From: Candidatus Hydrothermarchaeota archaeon
GTDB lineage: Archaea; CAYFZR01
DNA: 64,000 nucleotides
Direction: 5' to 3'
Assembly: GCA_046760505.1 (NCBI GenBank)
Contig: JBHIEG010000008.1
Span: forward strand, 12,200-76,199
Within the stretch, counting starts at the first letter, position 1; each line of letters starts with the position of its first letter. Of this stretch, positions 30,978-40,674 are shown in pieces. The translations under genes and the position numbers were made by a program. The notes under the pieces were generated by a model. That model worked only from the letters and a program-made list of their open reading frames with translations. It was not told the origin of the DNA and made no database searches.

Positions 30978-31999
30978 ATCACATCCACCTCTAGGAGTTT
31001 GGCGTTAATCTCTTGGAGCGCTCTTTTGGCGCTTCCAACCAGGGGCACATCAGCCATCTCTATGCTTGCTGCCAATGGATCCAAGTTGATAGATATCAGG
31101 CACTCTGTCTCAAATTTAACCGCAAAAAGGTCCCAAGACATTCCAACCATAAAGGTCACCTCTGCCTCTACAAAAACCCCTGAACTCAGCCCGGTAGATA
31201 TAAAACCCTCTGTTTCTGGAAATTCTGATGCATGTCTAGTGCAGTAAAGACCCACTTCCTTGTTATATTTCTCTTTTAGTATCCTCGCCAGTTCTCTTAC
31301 CTCTGTAACTGATTCTTCTCCTAGAACGGATGGCCACCCCGGTAACCCTCTGCGCGCTCTTTCAGCGCCCACTACTCCTTTACCGATGATTATCGCGACG
31401 CTATCAGCCATCTTTAAGTATTCTACCGCCTCTTCGATCCTAGAGGGATCCACATCTCCGGGAACAAAAGGTCGATCCCCTATAACGTTCAAATCTAGAC
31501 TAGTTGCTCCCTGCATTGCTAGGTCTTCTGTTATGATTACCGCTACCAGCCTATGTTTGATGATGGTATCCTCAAACGCCTTTTTGATACTGCCAGATAA
31601 TTCAGCAATGCTTCTTGGAACATAAGTGATAACTCCAGATTCCTTTAACACAGTTGGCAGAGAAGCGGTGCACACATAAGATCCTCTCCCGTCTATATCA
31701 AGTCCAACGATAATCACCCCGGGAGTGCCTACCTCTTCTGTTATCAACTGATAAGCCACGTTAACCCCTTTGTCCTTGATAACAGCACAGCCTTTTTTCC
31801 CACACTGACCTGCTCCAATAATTATGCCAACCGCGTCCGCTTCATTAGAAACAAACAGAACAGGAACGTCAGGTCCTAAGGCTCCATCCATTATCGCATT
31901 TTGAGCGGAATTTAATGGATATCCAGGTAGAAGCGTTACCACATCAGGCTTTATCTCCTTTAAGGTATCCACAATTATGTCGTTTCCAACTTTAAACAT
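30974..31999 (-). CDS. ThDP enzyme subunit: IorA-like PYR domain fused to an acetolactate-synthase-type middle (DHS-like) domain
   Basis: PGYP, SNE..A..IGA, KDKGVNVA; then IEEAVEYLKMA..IIIGKG..ISINLDP..ADVPLVGSAK. Confidence 0.68.
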   Translation of the reverse strand: MFKVGNDIIVDTLKEIKPDVVTLLPGYPLNSAQNAIMDGALGPDVPVLFVSNEADAVGIIIGAGQCGKKGCAVIKDKGVNVAYQLITEEVGTPGVIIVGLDIDGRGSYVCTASLPTVLKESGVITYVPRSIAELSGSIKKAFEDTIIKHRLVAVIITEDLAMQGATSLDLNVIGDRPFVPGDVDPSRIEEAVEYLKMADSVAIIIGKGVVGAERARRGLPGWPSVLGEESVTEVRELARILKEKYNKEVGLYCTRHASEFPETEGFISTGLSSGVFVEAEVTFMVGMSWDLFAVKFETECLISINLDPLAASIEMADVPLVGSAKRALQEINAKLLEVDVI

Positions 32000-32011
32000 A
32001 ACATTCCTCCA

Positions 32012-32539
32012 TTATAGCGAAAGACAATTTGCAATGATTAATTTCGTTCCCGGGATCTCTTTTGCATCTTTACATGCTTTTTCTAGTTCTTTATGGTCAT
32101 ATACTGCCCTACAGTAAGGTAAATTTAGTGCTTTTCCCAATGCTTCGTAGTTTATTCCTAAAGATGTTGGAGTTATCCGTTGTCCTCCAGTCATGCTCCA
32201 AGAAGAATCGTTTAATACAATTACGGTTAATCTTTTGACTTTATCCGGATTCATGGCAGCGGTGATCAAAGAATTGAAGTGTAATCCAAAGCCACCATCG
32301 CCAACTATACAAAATATTTCCCCTTTAAAATTGTCATTAACTAAACTGTGACCCATTGCCACAGAAAGAGAGCCGCCAAGAGCTCCAGAACCACCGATGT
32401 ATTGTCTTTTGGGTATCCCACACATCAAAGATGCTATTGTATTGTCGCCAAGATCTACACAAACCCCGTCTTCATGATCCATCGCCTCAACCAATCCGAC
32501 GAGGATATCGGGCATTTTTTGAAGTTTCTTTGCTTGCAT
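32012..32539 (-). CDS. Stand-alone ThDP pyrophosphate-binding (PP) subunit
   Basis: GDGGF...VLND..SMTGGQ ThDP motif. Confidence 0.82.
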   Translation of the reverse strand: MQAKKLQKMPDILVGLVEAMDHEDGVCVDLGDNTIASLMCGIPKRQYIGGSGALGGSLSVAMGHSLVNDNFKGEIFCIVGDGGFGLHFNSLITAAMNPDKVKRLTVIVLNDSSWSMTGGQRITPTSLGINYEALGKALNLPYCRAVYDHKELEKACKDAKEIPGTKLIIANCLSL

Positions 32540-32633
32540 ACATTCCCCCCCTTTGAAGAATGTAACTAAGACTTGGTGATGAAATAAAAAGATTTTCCAA
32601 AAGCCTTATATTCCCATACACCAATCTCGACTC

Positions 32634-32972
32634 ATGGAATGGATCCCGAAGTGGCTGGCAGATGTTTACCTAAAGTTATTCTCAGTATTCGGAACCGAAG
32701 AGTTCTCTACTCAGCTTGCAAAACATCTATTCGAAGATGATCAGGTATTTTTAAAGGCTCTTTCCGAACTGAAAATGAAGGGGTGGATAACACGGGTGAA
32801 AAAAGGGAGATACAAACTGATTGATTTAAAAGAGCTGGTATTTCAAATAACTCCAGAATTATCCATCGAAAACGTGGAAGAAAAGGTCAGAGAACGAAAG
32901 AAAATATCCAATGAATATATGATAAATCTATCATTTGAGATTCACGGGCTAGGGGGCTTGCCATGTACGTAG
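32634..32972 (+). CDS. Winged-helix protein, AbiEi-like antitoxin/regulator
   Basis: LSELKMKGWITRVKKGRY wing motif; coupled to NTase. Confidence 0.6.
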   Translation: MEWIPKWLADVYLKLFSVFGTEEFSTQLAKHLFEDDQVFLKALSELKMKGWITRVKKGRYKLIDLKELVFQITPELSIENVEEKVRERKKISNEYMINLSFEIHGLGGLPCT

Positions 32973-33457
32973 AAAAAATTTTATCGATTCTAAAATTATT
33001 CAGAGAAAAGAACATAGACTATGCCCTAGTTGGAGGATTATCCGGCATAATTCACGGAAGCCCCTACACCACTCCAGAGATTGAATTCGTGATATCAACG
33101 GATCCTAGGAAAATAGAAAAGTATCTTGAAAGACTCGGCTGGAAAAAGGAAAATGATTACTATATTCATAAAACCCTGAAAATACCTCTAAAATTGTACA
33201 CAGACTATAGAGGATTTAATTTAAACAAAAACGTGAAAATAGTCAAGGCTAAGCTAAGGAATAACGAAATAAAGGTTAACTCCCCGGAAGATTATGTGAT
33301 AACTACCGCAAAAGGTGGCTCTCTTGAAGAACTTCATAGAGGTATAGCAGTTCTTATTGCAAACAAAAAATCATTGGACAGAGATTACCTGATCAGAAGA
33401 GCAGGTGAAGAAGGAGTTAAGGAAAGAATCTTGTTCATTTTGAATAAAATTTTGTAG
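32963..33457 (+). CDS. Pol-beta superfamily nucleotidyltransferase-like protein (DUF6036/AbiEii-like)
   Basis: YALVGG..HG.PYTT.EIE, SPEDYVITT, LDRDYL. Confidence 0.62.
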   Translation: MYVEKILSILKLFREKNIDYALVGGLSGIIHGSPYTTPEIEFVISTDPRKIEKYLERLGWKKENDYYIHKTLKIPLKLYTDYRGFNLNKNVKIVKAKLRNNEIKVNSPEDYVITTAKGGSLEELHRGIAVLIANKKSLDRDYLIRRAGEEGVKERILFILNKIL

Positions 33458-33504
33458 GATTGATTACACTTATTTGCTTCCAGTAAATTTTGTTCTTAAC
33501 TTAA

Positions 33505-34800
33505 TTAACTTGTAACAAGAACCTTTTGAATTCGTACGTAGGGTCCTCCCTCAGAAACCATAAAACCCTTCTCAATACTAGGTCTAAACCTGCATGTATC
33601 GCCAATTGCATCTATTTTTTGAATTTCGCTAACATTTAACTGAATTCTCAAATGCTTTAAAGGAACTCTCTCTTCTCTATCAATTAAATATGCGATCTCT
33701 GGAGTGATCTCAATTCTTCCATCCGTTGTGTCGCTCATGGCTCTAACGATGCCTTCTACATAAAATTTGGATTTTGTTTCTTCGAATATCTCCTCTTCTC
33801 TCCAATCTGAAGGATTTACATAGACATTGCTTATCATTGGTCTCGGCATGCGAACAATGCCATGAGCGTTTCCTGCCTCATCAGAGGTTTTGGCGGTAAG
33901 CCTCGTATGTAATAGGTCAACCTCTCCTTCCTTAATCAGTACCTTTTTCTTTCCTCTGACTCCTTCATCGTCCCATTTAAAGGACCCATATTCGTTTTTT
34001 AAGGTGGGATCATCGATTATTTCCAATTCTTCATTTTCGAAACCAAAAAAAGATCTTCTGTAGACGTCAGCCTCTAAAAAATGGGATATTTCATGAGCCA
34101 AAGCACCTGTCACTTCGCTATCTAGAATAACATCAAATTTACCACTTACCGGCATGATTTTTGCCTTCAACGAAAAATTTATTCTTTCTATCAATTTTTC
34201 TATGATATCTTCCCATTTTCTATCTTTTACTACCTCAAAACCGCCTATTCCTCCTATTATCTTGGTTGAGTAACCCTGTTTACTCCCATTTTTTAAAATG
34301 TAAATGATAAAATCGGTTGAAGGGGTCTTTTCTCTCACATTCGTGCCCTCTGAGGTGATAAGATGAGAATCTATGCATCTGTGAGAAAGAATTAACTCAG
34401 TGCGAAAATCGCCTGAGAGTTTGTCTCTTATATTACCCTCAATTCCTCTCAGAAAATCGATGGATTCCTCTACGTTAAACTTGATTTTCTGTGGATGTGT
34501 GTAACTTCCCTCCTCAGGCTGTACGGGAATTAATTCCGTAACTTTTTTAATTTCGTTTGCCTGCTTTAATGCAATCCTAGAAACCTTCTTTATGTTCTCT
34601 ACATCGAGTTTGTCTGTACTGGCGATGCTATAGCCATTTTTTAAGGCTCTCAACACTGCTTTCTCAAAATATGATTCGTTGAAATCAAATGATTCGTTTC
34701 TAAGTGATACTTCGACTTCTCTTTGTTTCAAAATTCTGATATCCGCATACTTTGCCTGGGACATGTCCTCTAATACGCCTAATATATCTCTCTCTTCCAT
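33505..34800 (-). CDS. TldD/PmbA family metalloprotease (TldD-like)
   Basis: YADIR, HEISHFLEAD, IIDDPT..GSFKWDDEGV, GNA..PRP.ISN, GGPY. Confidence 0.85.
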   Translation of the reverse strand: MEERDILGVLEDMSQAKYADIRILKQREVEVSLRNESFDFNESYFEKAVLRALKNGYSIASTDKLDVENIKKVSRIALKQANEIKKVTELIPVQPEEGSYTHPQKIKFNVEESIDFLRGIEGNIRDKLSGDFRTELILSHRCIDSHLITSEGTNVREKTPSTDFIIYILKNGSKQGYSTKIIGGIGGFEVVKDRKWEDIIEKLIERINFSLKAKIMPVSGKFDVILDSEVTGALAHEISHFLEADVYRRSFFGFENEELEIIDDPTLKNEYGSFKWDDEGVRGKKKVLIKEGEVDLLHTRLTAKTSDEAGNAHGIVRMPRPMISNVYVNPSDWREEEIFEETKSKFYVEGIVRAMSDTTDGRIEITPEIAYLIDREERVPLKHLRIQLNVSEIQKIDAIGDTCRFRPSIEKGFMVSEGGPYVRIQKVLVTS

Positions 34801-34889
34801 ATTCCAATTTATTATAAGCAAAGAATAAATATTTGCTCAGACGAAAGTTACTAACAATTCAGAAATAAGGATAGAAAGGAGAGATTGGG

Positions 34890-35450
34890 ATGAAACCCTT
34901 TTCAATAAAAATGAATTTAGAAAATGGAAATTTAGAAGAATACAGAAAAAAAATCGTTAGAAGATTAAGCGACATGAAAGGGTTTTACATTGATCAAGAG
35001 AAGGAAAAAAGAGAACTTTCAAAAGATCCTGTAATATACGAAGTTTACGAAGTTTCAACTCCTAGCGAGGCGGGTCAGCTTTCTTATGGGGTTACAATAC
35101 TCTATCCTGGTAAAATAGGAGAGGAGTACTATATGACCAAGGGACACTTTCACGAGAAGGAAAGCACAGGTGAAATTTACATAGGTATTTCAGGAAGCGG
35201 AATTTTGTTGATGGAAACAAAAGATGGAGATCATCACTTCATTGAAATGAGGAGAGGAACAATAGCCTATGTTCCTCCTAACTGGGCACACAGGTCAATA
35301 AACACAGGGAAGGAGATGCTCACTTTTCTAGCCATCTATCCTTCAGATGCTGGTCACGATTACGGTACCATCGAAAAAAAAGGATTTAGGAAGGTAGTTA
35401 TTGAGGTAGACGGAAAAGCAAAGATAATGGACAACCCAAGATACCAGTGA
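34890..35450 (+). CDS. pgiA: Cupin-type glucose-6-phosphate isomerase
   Basis: PGKIGEEYYMTKGHFH, EIY, YVPPNWAHRSINTG, AGHDY. Confidence 0.93.
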   Translation: MKPFSIKMNLENGNLEEYRKKIVRRLSDMKGFYIDQEKEKRELSKDPVIYEVYEVSTPSEAGQLSYGVTILYPGKIGEEYYMTKGHFHEKESTGEIYIGISGSGILLMETKDGDHHFIEMRRGTIAYVPPNWAHRSINTGKEMLTFLAIYPSDAGHDYGTIEKKGFRKVVIEVDGKAKIMDNPRYQ

Positions 35451-35461
35451 GTTTATATACA

Positions 35462-35812
35462 CTAGCATGTGAGATGAAGAGCGGCAACTACTTTCTTTGA
35501 TTTTGAAAGATCGTTGAAAATTTTGCATGCCTTTTCGGTTCTTTCTTTAATTAGTTCAATCCCCTTATTTTTTAAGTAATCCTCGACTTCCGGCAAAACT
35601 TTCATTACTCCAGAATGTCCGGTACCAACTATCAAAACATCTGGCTTTTCGCTTAAAGCCTCTTCTAAATCTTCTATTGATAATTGGTGACCAGATTTTC
35701 TCCACCAATTATCCAGAATTCTGTCTCCGAGAATGATTACATCTCTAGTATAACTTCTTCCTTTAATTATAATTTTACCAAATTCGTATGAATCGATCAT
35801 TTTTTCTAACAT
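35462..35812 (-). CDS. Mth938-like (DUF498) protein
   Basis: IDSYEFG.I.I.G..Y..DVII, VGTG..G, AALHLTC. Confidence 0.92.
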   Translation of the reverse strand: MLEKMIDSYEFGKIIIKGRSYTRDVIILGDRILDNWWRKSGHQLSIEDLEEALSEKPDVLIVGTGHSGVMKVLPEVEDYLKNKGIELIKERTEKACKIFNDLSKSKKVVAALHLTC

Positions 35813-35818
35813 AGGGAT

Positions 35819-36205
35819 TTATCCGGCTCGATAGTGTTCTATTCTCTCTCTCACCTGAACAATTAACTCCCTTCCAAAACCGCGATCCTCAATTCCTATT
35901 ACTCGACCGTTTCCCATGATCTCTAATTGCACCCTGCCCACAATTGTTTCGCACTCTTCATATATGTCGTACTGAATGATTCTCTGCACGCTCAATTGTT
36001 TGGATCTAACCCTTGCGATATATCCCTCGTCACCTCTCTTGAGATCTTCCTTAGATTTGGCTGTTATGAACAGGAGGTCTCCTACATTTATATCCATCAA
36101 AGCGTTTAGATTATGAATACTCTTTATTTCCAGCGTTCTGATTCTATCGTGCAACAGGTCTCGAAGAACTTTTGGAGAAATAGAGGTCAAAGCATAAATT
36201 TTCAT
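35819..36205 (-). CDS. DUF473 family protein
   Basis: ALT.IS..VL.DL...IRTLEIKS.HN archaeal conserved pattern. Confidence 0.8.
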   Translation of the reverse strand: MKIYALTSISPKVLRDLLHDRIRTLEIKSIHNLNALMDINVGDLLFITAKSKEDLKRGDEGYIARVRSKQLSVQRIIQYDIYEECETIVGRVQLEIMGNGRVIGIEDRGFGRELIVQVRERIEHYRAG

Positions 36206-36214
36206 AGGATCACC

Positions 36215-36934
36215 TCACAAATACATCACTGACGGTGGTCTCTCCCTTTCCTCAGCTGTTTTCATTTGCTGACTTAGATTGTGCATGTATTCTTCGAATT
36301 TCTCGGCTTCTTCAAGAAGGGGTTCCGTTCTTATTTCTAAACCAAGTAGTCTGTTCAAAGCTTTTACCATTTCTGCTGCTGATCTCGGATCAGGTGCTAC
36401 ACCTTCCGTCTCAGACAATATGCACACAGAAAAGAGATTTTTGTTATAGCAATCCAATAATATTTGTCCCGAAATTCCCGTTATGCCCCCTCGTTCCATT
36501 AAGGGTATATTTGTTTTTTTAAGTATTTCTAAACTGTCTGAAGTTCCTGCAACACCAAATACATTTCTTTCTTCTTTTCTACCGGCAGCTATTCCGGCCA
36601 GAGTTACAACCAGTTTTGGATTGTACTGAGAAATCCAATCGACTATTGAACTTGATGTATCAAATACTGCTTGGGGAGGTATAAATATGTCAGAATACAG
36701 TATAAAAAGATCCTCGGAGGCGTAAATGCGAACCGGAGGTCTAACGATACCTTTCTCCAGAACAGCAATCGGAGCAAAGTGTGGGGATTTTACATACGCC
36801 ACATATTCCATATTTAGTTCATTTATTATGTGATATGCTGCAATACTCCCTACCAAGCCTACTCCTGGGAAACCCTCTACTACGGTTGGTTCTTTGACGT
36901 AGAACTCGGCTACCTCCACTACCTTGGTTTCCAT
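36215..36934 (-). CDS. Proteasome assembly chaperone (PAC2 family)
   Basis: EGFPGVGLVGSIA, PPVRIY, PDPRSAA, LLEEAE. Confidence 0.92.
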   Translation of the reverse strand: METKVVEVAEFYVKEPTVVEGFPGVGLVGSIAAYHIINELNMEYVAYVKSPHFAPIAVLEKGIVRPPVRIYASEDLFILYSDIFIPPQAVFDTSSSIVDWISQYNPKLVVTLAGIAAGRKEERNVFGVAGTSDSLEILKKTNIPLMERGGITGISGQILLDCYNKNLFSVCILSETEGVAPDPRSAAEMVKALNRLLGLEIRTEPLLEEAEKFEEYMHNLSQQMKTAEERERPPSVMYL

Positions 36935-36980
36935 GGTAACACCTCGTTTAGATTTTATTAAAAAATAAAATGTATGTGAT

Positions 36981-37364
36981 TTATAAAGATCTCGATCTCC
37001 TAAATTTTTTCAGGTAAAAATAGGATCCCTTGTAATTTATTAATTCTCCTTGACAGTATTCTCCAGAGATCGGTCTTATAAGCATATCTGCACGTACTTT
37101 TTTCGCAACATTCTCGATGTATGGTACTAACTCCATTGGCGGTCTTATCGAATAAATTAATTCTGAACCTTCGTATATACTCAAATCTGGCTCAATTATG
37201 TTGTCTATTATAACATCAAAATCTTCACTCACCGCATTGATATCCGTGGCAACTACCCTTAAACCCCGCTCCCTTAAAGATCTGGCTATTTTTGTATAGT
37301 TTCCCAGTCCTACCTCAACTACCTTGGTATAATTTTCGGAAATATAATCTATGATTCCTTTCAT
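36981..37364 (-). CDS. UPF0146 family protein
   Basis: VVEVGLG, ATDI, LIYSIRPP.EL. Confidence 0.88.
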   Translation of the reverse strand: MKGIIDYISENYTKVVEVGLGNYTKIARSLRERGLRVVATDINAVSEDFDVIIDNIIEPDLSIYEGSELIYSIRPPMELVPYIENVAKKVRADMLIRPISGEYCQGELINYKGSYFYLKKFRRSRSL

Positions 37365-37372
37365 ATTGAGAT

Positions 37373-39796
37373 TTACCTTTTTTCTTCTGTAAATCTCCAG
37401 AAGAATACTTCGTCCATAAAGTGCTTACCTATTTTCGGTCTCTGTGTTATTCCACCTGTTAAGGCTTCCATCTGAATTTTCTTCTCAATCATTGATACCA
37501 TCTTTCTGGCAGAAATAACCGAGTCCGGATTGACGGAAATTGATGTGGCGCCCATTCTTATCAAGAATTCGAGATAATCAGGGTATACACTTGGTGCCTG
37601 TCCGCAAATAGACGTTGTCACACCGTATTTCTTGCAGACCGTTATTGTATAAGCCAGAGCCCTCAGAACGGATAGATCTCTTTCATCGTATATTTCCTGA
37701 ACTGCCTCATCGTTTCTATCAACACCGAGGATTAACATGGTTAGATCATTCGTACCGAAACTGATTCCATCCACACCCGCCTTGCAGAACTCCTCTATTA
37801 AGAATACACTGCTTGGCACCTCAACCATGATCCAGAGCTGGAAATCTGGATCTACCCTGTTATCAAGCCCTTCTTCCCTCATTATTTCAACTACTTTGTT
37901 GAATACATCGACCTTTCTTACGAAAGGAAGCATAACCCATACGTTTGTTAATCCAAACTCTTCCCTTACCTTTCTGATCGCCCTGAGTTCCAGTCTGAAT
38001 ATATCATGTTCCTTCAGATATCTGTGCTGACCTCTATAACCTATCATCGGATTGGGTCCTACGTGTCCAGCCTCGAGTTCGTATTTCTCTCCTCCAGGCA
38101 TCTCCAAGAACTCGTCGGGCTTAAAATCCAAGAACCTGTAAACAACGGGCTTTGGATAGAAGGCCTCCGCTACCTGTCTTATGCCTTCAGCAAACCTTTC
38201 TATCATGACGCTTTCTCCGCCCTCTTCGATCAGGAGTCTCGGATGTTTGCCAATGCTAAGCATCAAGTGTTCCGCTCTGAGCAGACCGACGCCATCAGGC
38301 TCCGAGTCTCTTGCCACCTTTTCAGCGATTTCAGGGATTGAGAGATTTACATAAACCTTCGTAGCAGTTGTAGGCTGTACAAGTCCTACCGGTATAGCCT
38401 TAGCCACCGCTTCCTCCTCAATCAGTTCCTCAATGCGACCTCTGTATACTACACCCGTAGTTCCATCTACCGTTACCTCTCCAACTCCATCTAAAACTTC
38501 TGTTCCATTTCCTGTACCCACTATGCATGGTATACCCAACTCCCTGCTTACTATAGCCGCGTGACATGTTTTTCCTCCAGAATTCGTAACAATGGCCGCA
38601 GATTTTTTCATAGCAGGTACCCAATCAGGCGTGGTCATTTCTGTAACTATTACATCTCCTTCTTTTACTTGTCCAATATCCTTCACATCCAATATTACCT
38701 TTACAGGACCTGAACCTATTCCAGGGCTTACTCCTAGCCCTTTTAATAAAATTTCTCTCTCACCAGAAACAGGTTCCACTTTCTCTACCTCTTTTTCCTC
38801 CTTAACTTCAACCTTTGAATATATGGTCTCCGGTCTTGACTGTAAGATATATATGTTGTTGTTTTGATCTATAGCCCACTCTATGTCCTGGGGCACGCCG
38901 TAGTGATCTTCTATCTGTTTTCCATATTTTGCTATGGTTATCACTTCTTCATCTGTTAATGAAGGTTTCTCCTGTTTATCGTCCTCTACAGGGATGTGTT
39001 TCGTCTCTCCCGTAGCAGGATCCATCTGGAATTGAGTAGTCTTTTTTGCTATATCCTTTTTAAGTATTTTTAGTGTATTTTTATCCACCAAAAATTCATC
39101 AGGAGTGATTTTACCGCTTACTATTGCCTCCCCTAAACCCCAACCTGAATTTATGAGAATTTTATCTCTCTCACCAGTAGTCGGTTCTAGGGTAAACATT
39201 ACCCCTGCGCTCCTAGAGTTTACCATTTGCTGAACCGCCACGCTTATCAAGACGTCCTCATGTCTGAAGCCTTTTTCAACCCTGTACATAGTTGCCCTGG
39301 GTGTGAACAATGACCCCCAGCACTTTTGCACCTTCTCTAAAAGATCCTCCCCTGTTACATTCAGATAGGTATCCTGCTGACCAGCAAAACTTGCCCCAGG
39401 TAAATCCTCTGCTGTGGCGCTGGATCTTACCGCAACAAGCAAGTTTTTATCCTTGGTCTTTTTTCTTAATTCCTCATAGGCTTTTACTATAGCCTCTTTT
39501 ATTTCATCTGGCATTGGTGTAGTTTCAATAATCTCTCTAGCCTTTCCAGCGGCCTTGTTCAGTTCATCTAGGTCCGTTATGTCGGCTTCCTCAATGGTTC
39601 GATAAATTTCCTCGCCGATTCCTGTCTTCTTTATAAAGTATTCAAAGGCTTTTGCGGTTACAGCAAAGCCAGGAGGCACAGGAACCTTTATTTTTGCGGA
39701 TAGTTCTCCCAAGTTGGCACACTTGCCACCAACTAAAGGTATATCCTCTTTGGTCAGGTCTTCAAGCCATTTTATAAAATCCTTTTTTTGGGTAAT
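37373..39796 (-). CDS. ppsA: Phosphoenolpyruvate synthase
   Basis: VGGKCANLGEL, AVRSSATAEDLP.ASFAGQQ, GGKTCHAAIVSRE phospho-His, SFGTNDL; conserved N-terminus extends upstream of TTG 39712 to ATT 39796. Confidence 0.95.
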   Translation of the reverse strand: MTQKKDFIKWLEDLTKEDIPLVGGKCANLGELSAKIKVPVPPGFAVTAKAFEYFIKKTGIGEEIYRTIEEADITDLDELNKAAGKAREIIETTPMPDEIKEAIVKAYEELRKKTKDKNLLVAVRSSATAEDLPGASFAGQQDTYLNVTGEDLLEKVQKCWGSLFTPRATMYRVEKGFRHEDVLISVAVQQMVNSRSAGVMFTLEPTTGERDKILINSGWGLGEAIVSGKITPDEFLVDKNTLKILKKDIAKKTTQFQMDPATGETKHIPVEDDKQEKPSLTDEEVITIAKYGKQIEDHYGVPQDIEWAIDQNNNIYILQSRPETIYSKVEVKEEKEVEKVEPVSGEREILLKGLGVSPGIGSGPVKVILDVKDIGQVKEGDVIVTEMTTPDWVPAMKKSAAIVTNSGGKTCHAAIVSRELGIPCIVGTGNGTEVLDGVGEVTVDGTTGVVYRGRIEELIEEEAVAKAIPVGLVQPTTATKVYVNLSIPEIAEKVARDSEPDGVGLLRAEHLMLSIGKHPRLLIEEGGESVMIERFAEGIRQVAEAFYPKPVVYRFLDFKPDEFLEMPGGEKYELEAGHVGPNPMIGYRGQHRYLKEHDIFRLELRAIRKVREEFGLTNVWVMLPFVRKVDVFNKVVEIMREEGLDNRVDPDFQLWIMVEVPSSVFLIEEFCKAGVDGISFGTNDLTMLILGVDRNDEAVQEIYDERDLSVLRALAYTITVCKKYGVTTSICGQAPSVYPDYLEFLIRMGATSISVNPDSVISARKMVSMIEKKIQMEALTGGITQRPKIGKHFMDEVFFWRFTEEKR

Positions 39797-39944
39797 CTGT
39801 ATCCCCCTCCTCTTGTAAGGTTAACTGCTGAGATTAAGAAATGTGTTGAAATATATAAATCTATTTACTTTTATTTACTGTACAACATTATACACTGAGA
39901 TCAATTTCGCTGGTTATTTATACTCCTTCCCTAGAGGATTTAGC

Positions 39945-40670
39945 ATGGAAGAAAAGAGGATGCCGATATGGGAACACTTGGAGGAACTGAGGAGAAGGAT
40001 CTTAATATCTGCCGGAGCCGTACTGTTATTTGCAATAATAACATTTCCTCTCACAGATGATCTTTTAGAACAATTAAAGAATGCTTTCCTCTCCAACAAT
40101 CCTGCGTTTCCAGGGGGCATAGACCTCGTTGTACTCGCCCCGATGGAGGCGATATTCGTGAGATTCAAGATGGCTGTAGTTTTGGGTCTCGCTCTAGCCC
40201 TGCCTGTTATCATGTACGAGGGTTTTAAGTTTATCGCGCCAGGACTCTATCCAAAGGAGAAAAGGTTCATATTGAGTATATCTCTGTTTTGGCTTTTCTT
40301 GAGTTTATTCGGTCTAGCATTTGCAATTTTTCTCGTAATTCCATTGACCTTTAAATTTATTTTAAGGTTTGCGCTTCCTTTTGCGACGCCCGAACTAAGG
40401 CTTGAATACTTCGTGACCTTCATACTATACACTGCGCTGGGTTGCATAGCGATAGCCCAGTTACCTCTCGTTATGGGTGCTATATCATACTTAGGATTCG
40501 TGACACCTCAGCAACTTAAATCCTACAGGAGGTACGCGATAGTAATACTCGCAATAATAACCGCAATAGTGACCCCGGATCCAACCGGGATTACCATGAT
40601 CTTTGAACTTATCCCCCTTTTATTTTTGTATGAAGTTGGCATACAGGTAGCCAAAATTGCCAGGAGGTGA
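39945..40670 (+). CDS. tatC: Twin-arginine translocase subunit TatC
   Basis: HLEELRRR, FIAPGLYPKE, RRYAIV, TPDP, LYEVGI. Confidence 0.94.
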   Translation: MEEKRMPIWEHLEELRRRILISAGAVLLFAIITFPLTDDLLEQLKNAFLSNNPAFPGGIDLVVLAPMEAIFVRFKMAVVLGLALALPVIMYEGFKFIAPGLYPKEKRFILSISLFWLFLSLFGLAFAIFLVIPLTFKFILRFALPFATPELRLEYFVTFILYTALGCIAIAQLPLVMGAISYLGFVTPQQLKSYRRYAIVILAIITAIVTPDPTGITMIFELIPLLFLYEVGIQVAKIARR

Positions 40671-40674
40671 TTCA

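Noticed and set aside
33505-34800. Solo TldD as part of a peptide-modification (RiPP) cluster
   Set aside because: No precursor peptide, YcaO or TldE partner nearby; TldD homologues are common in archaea
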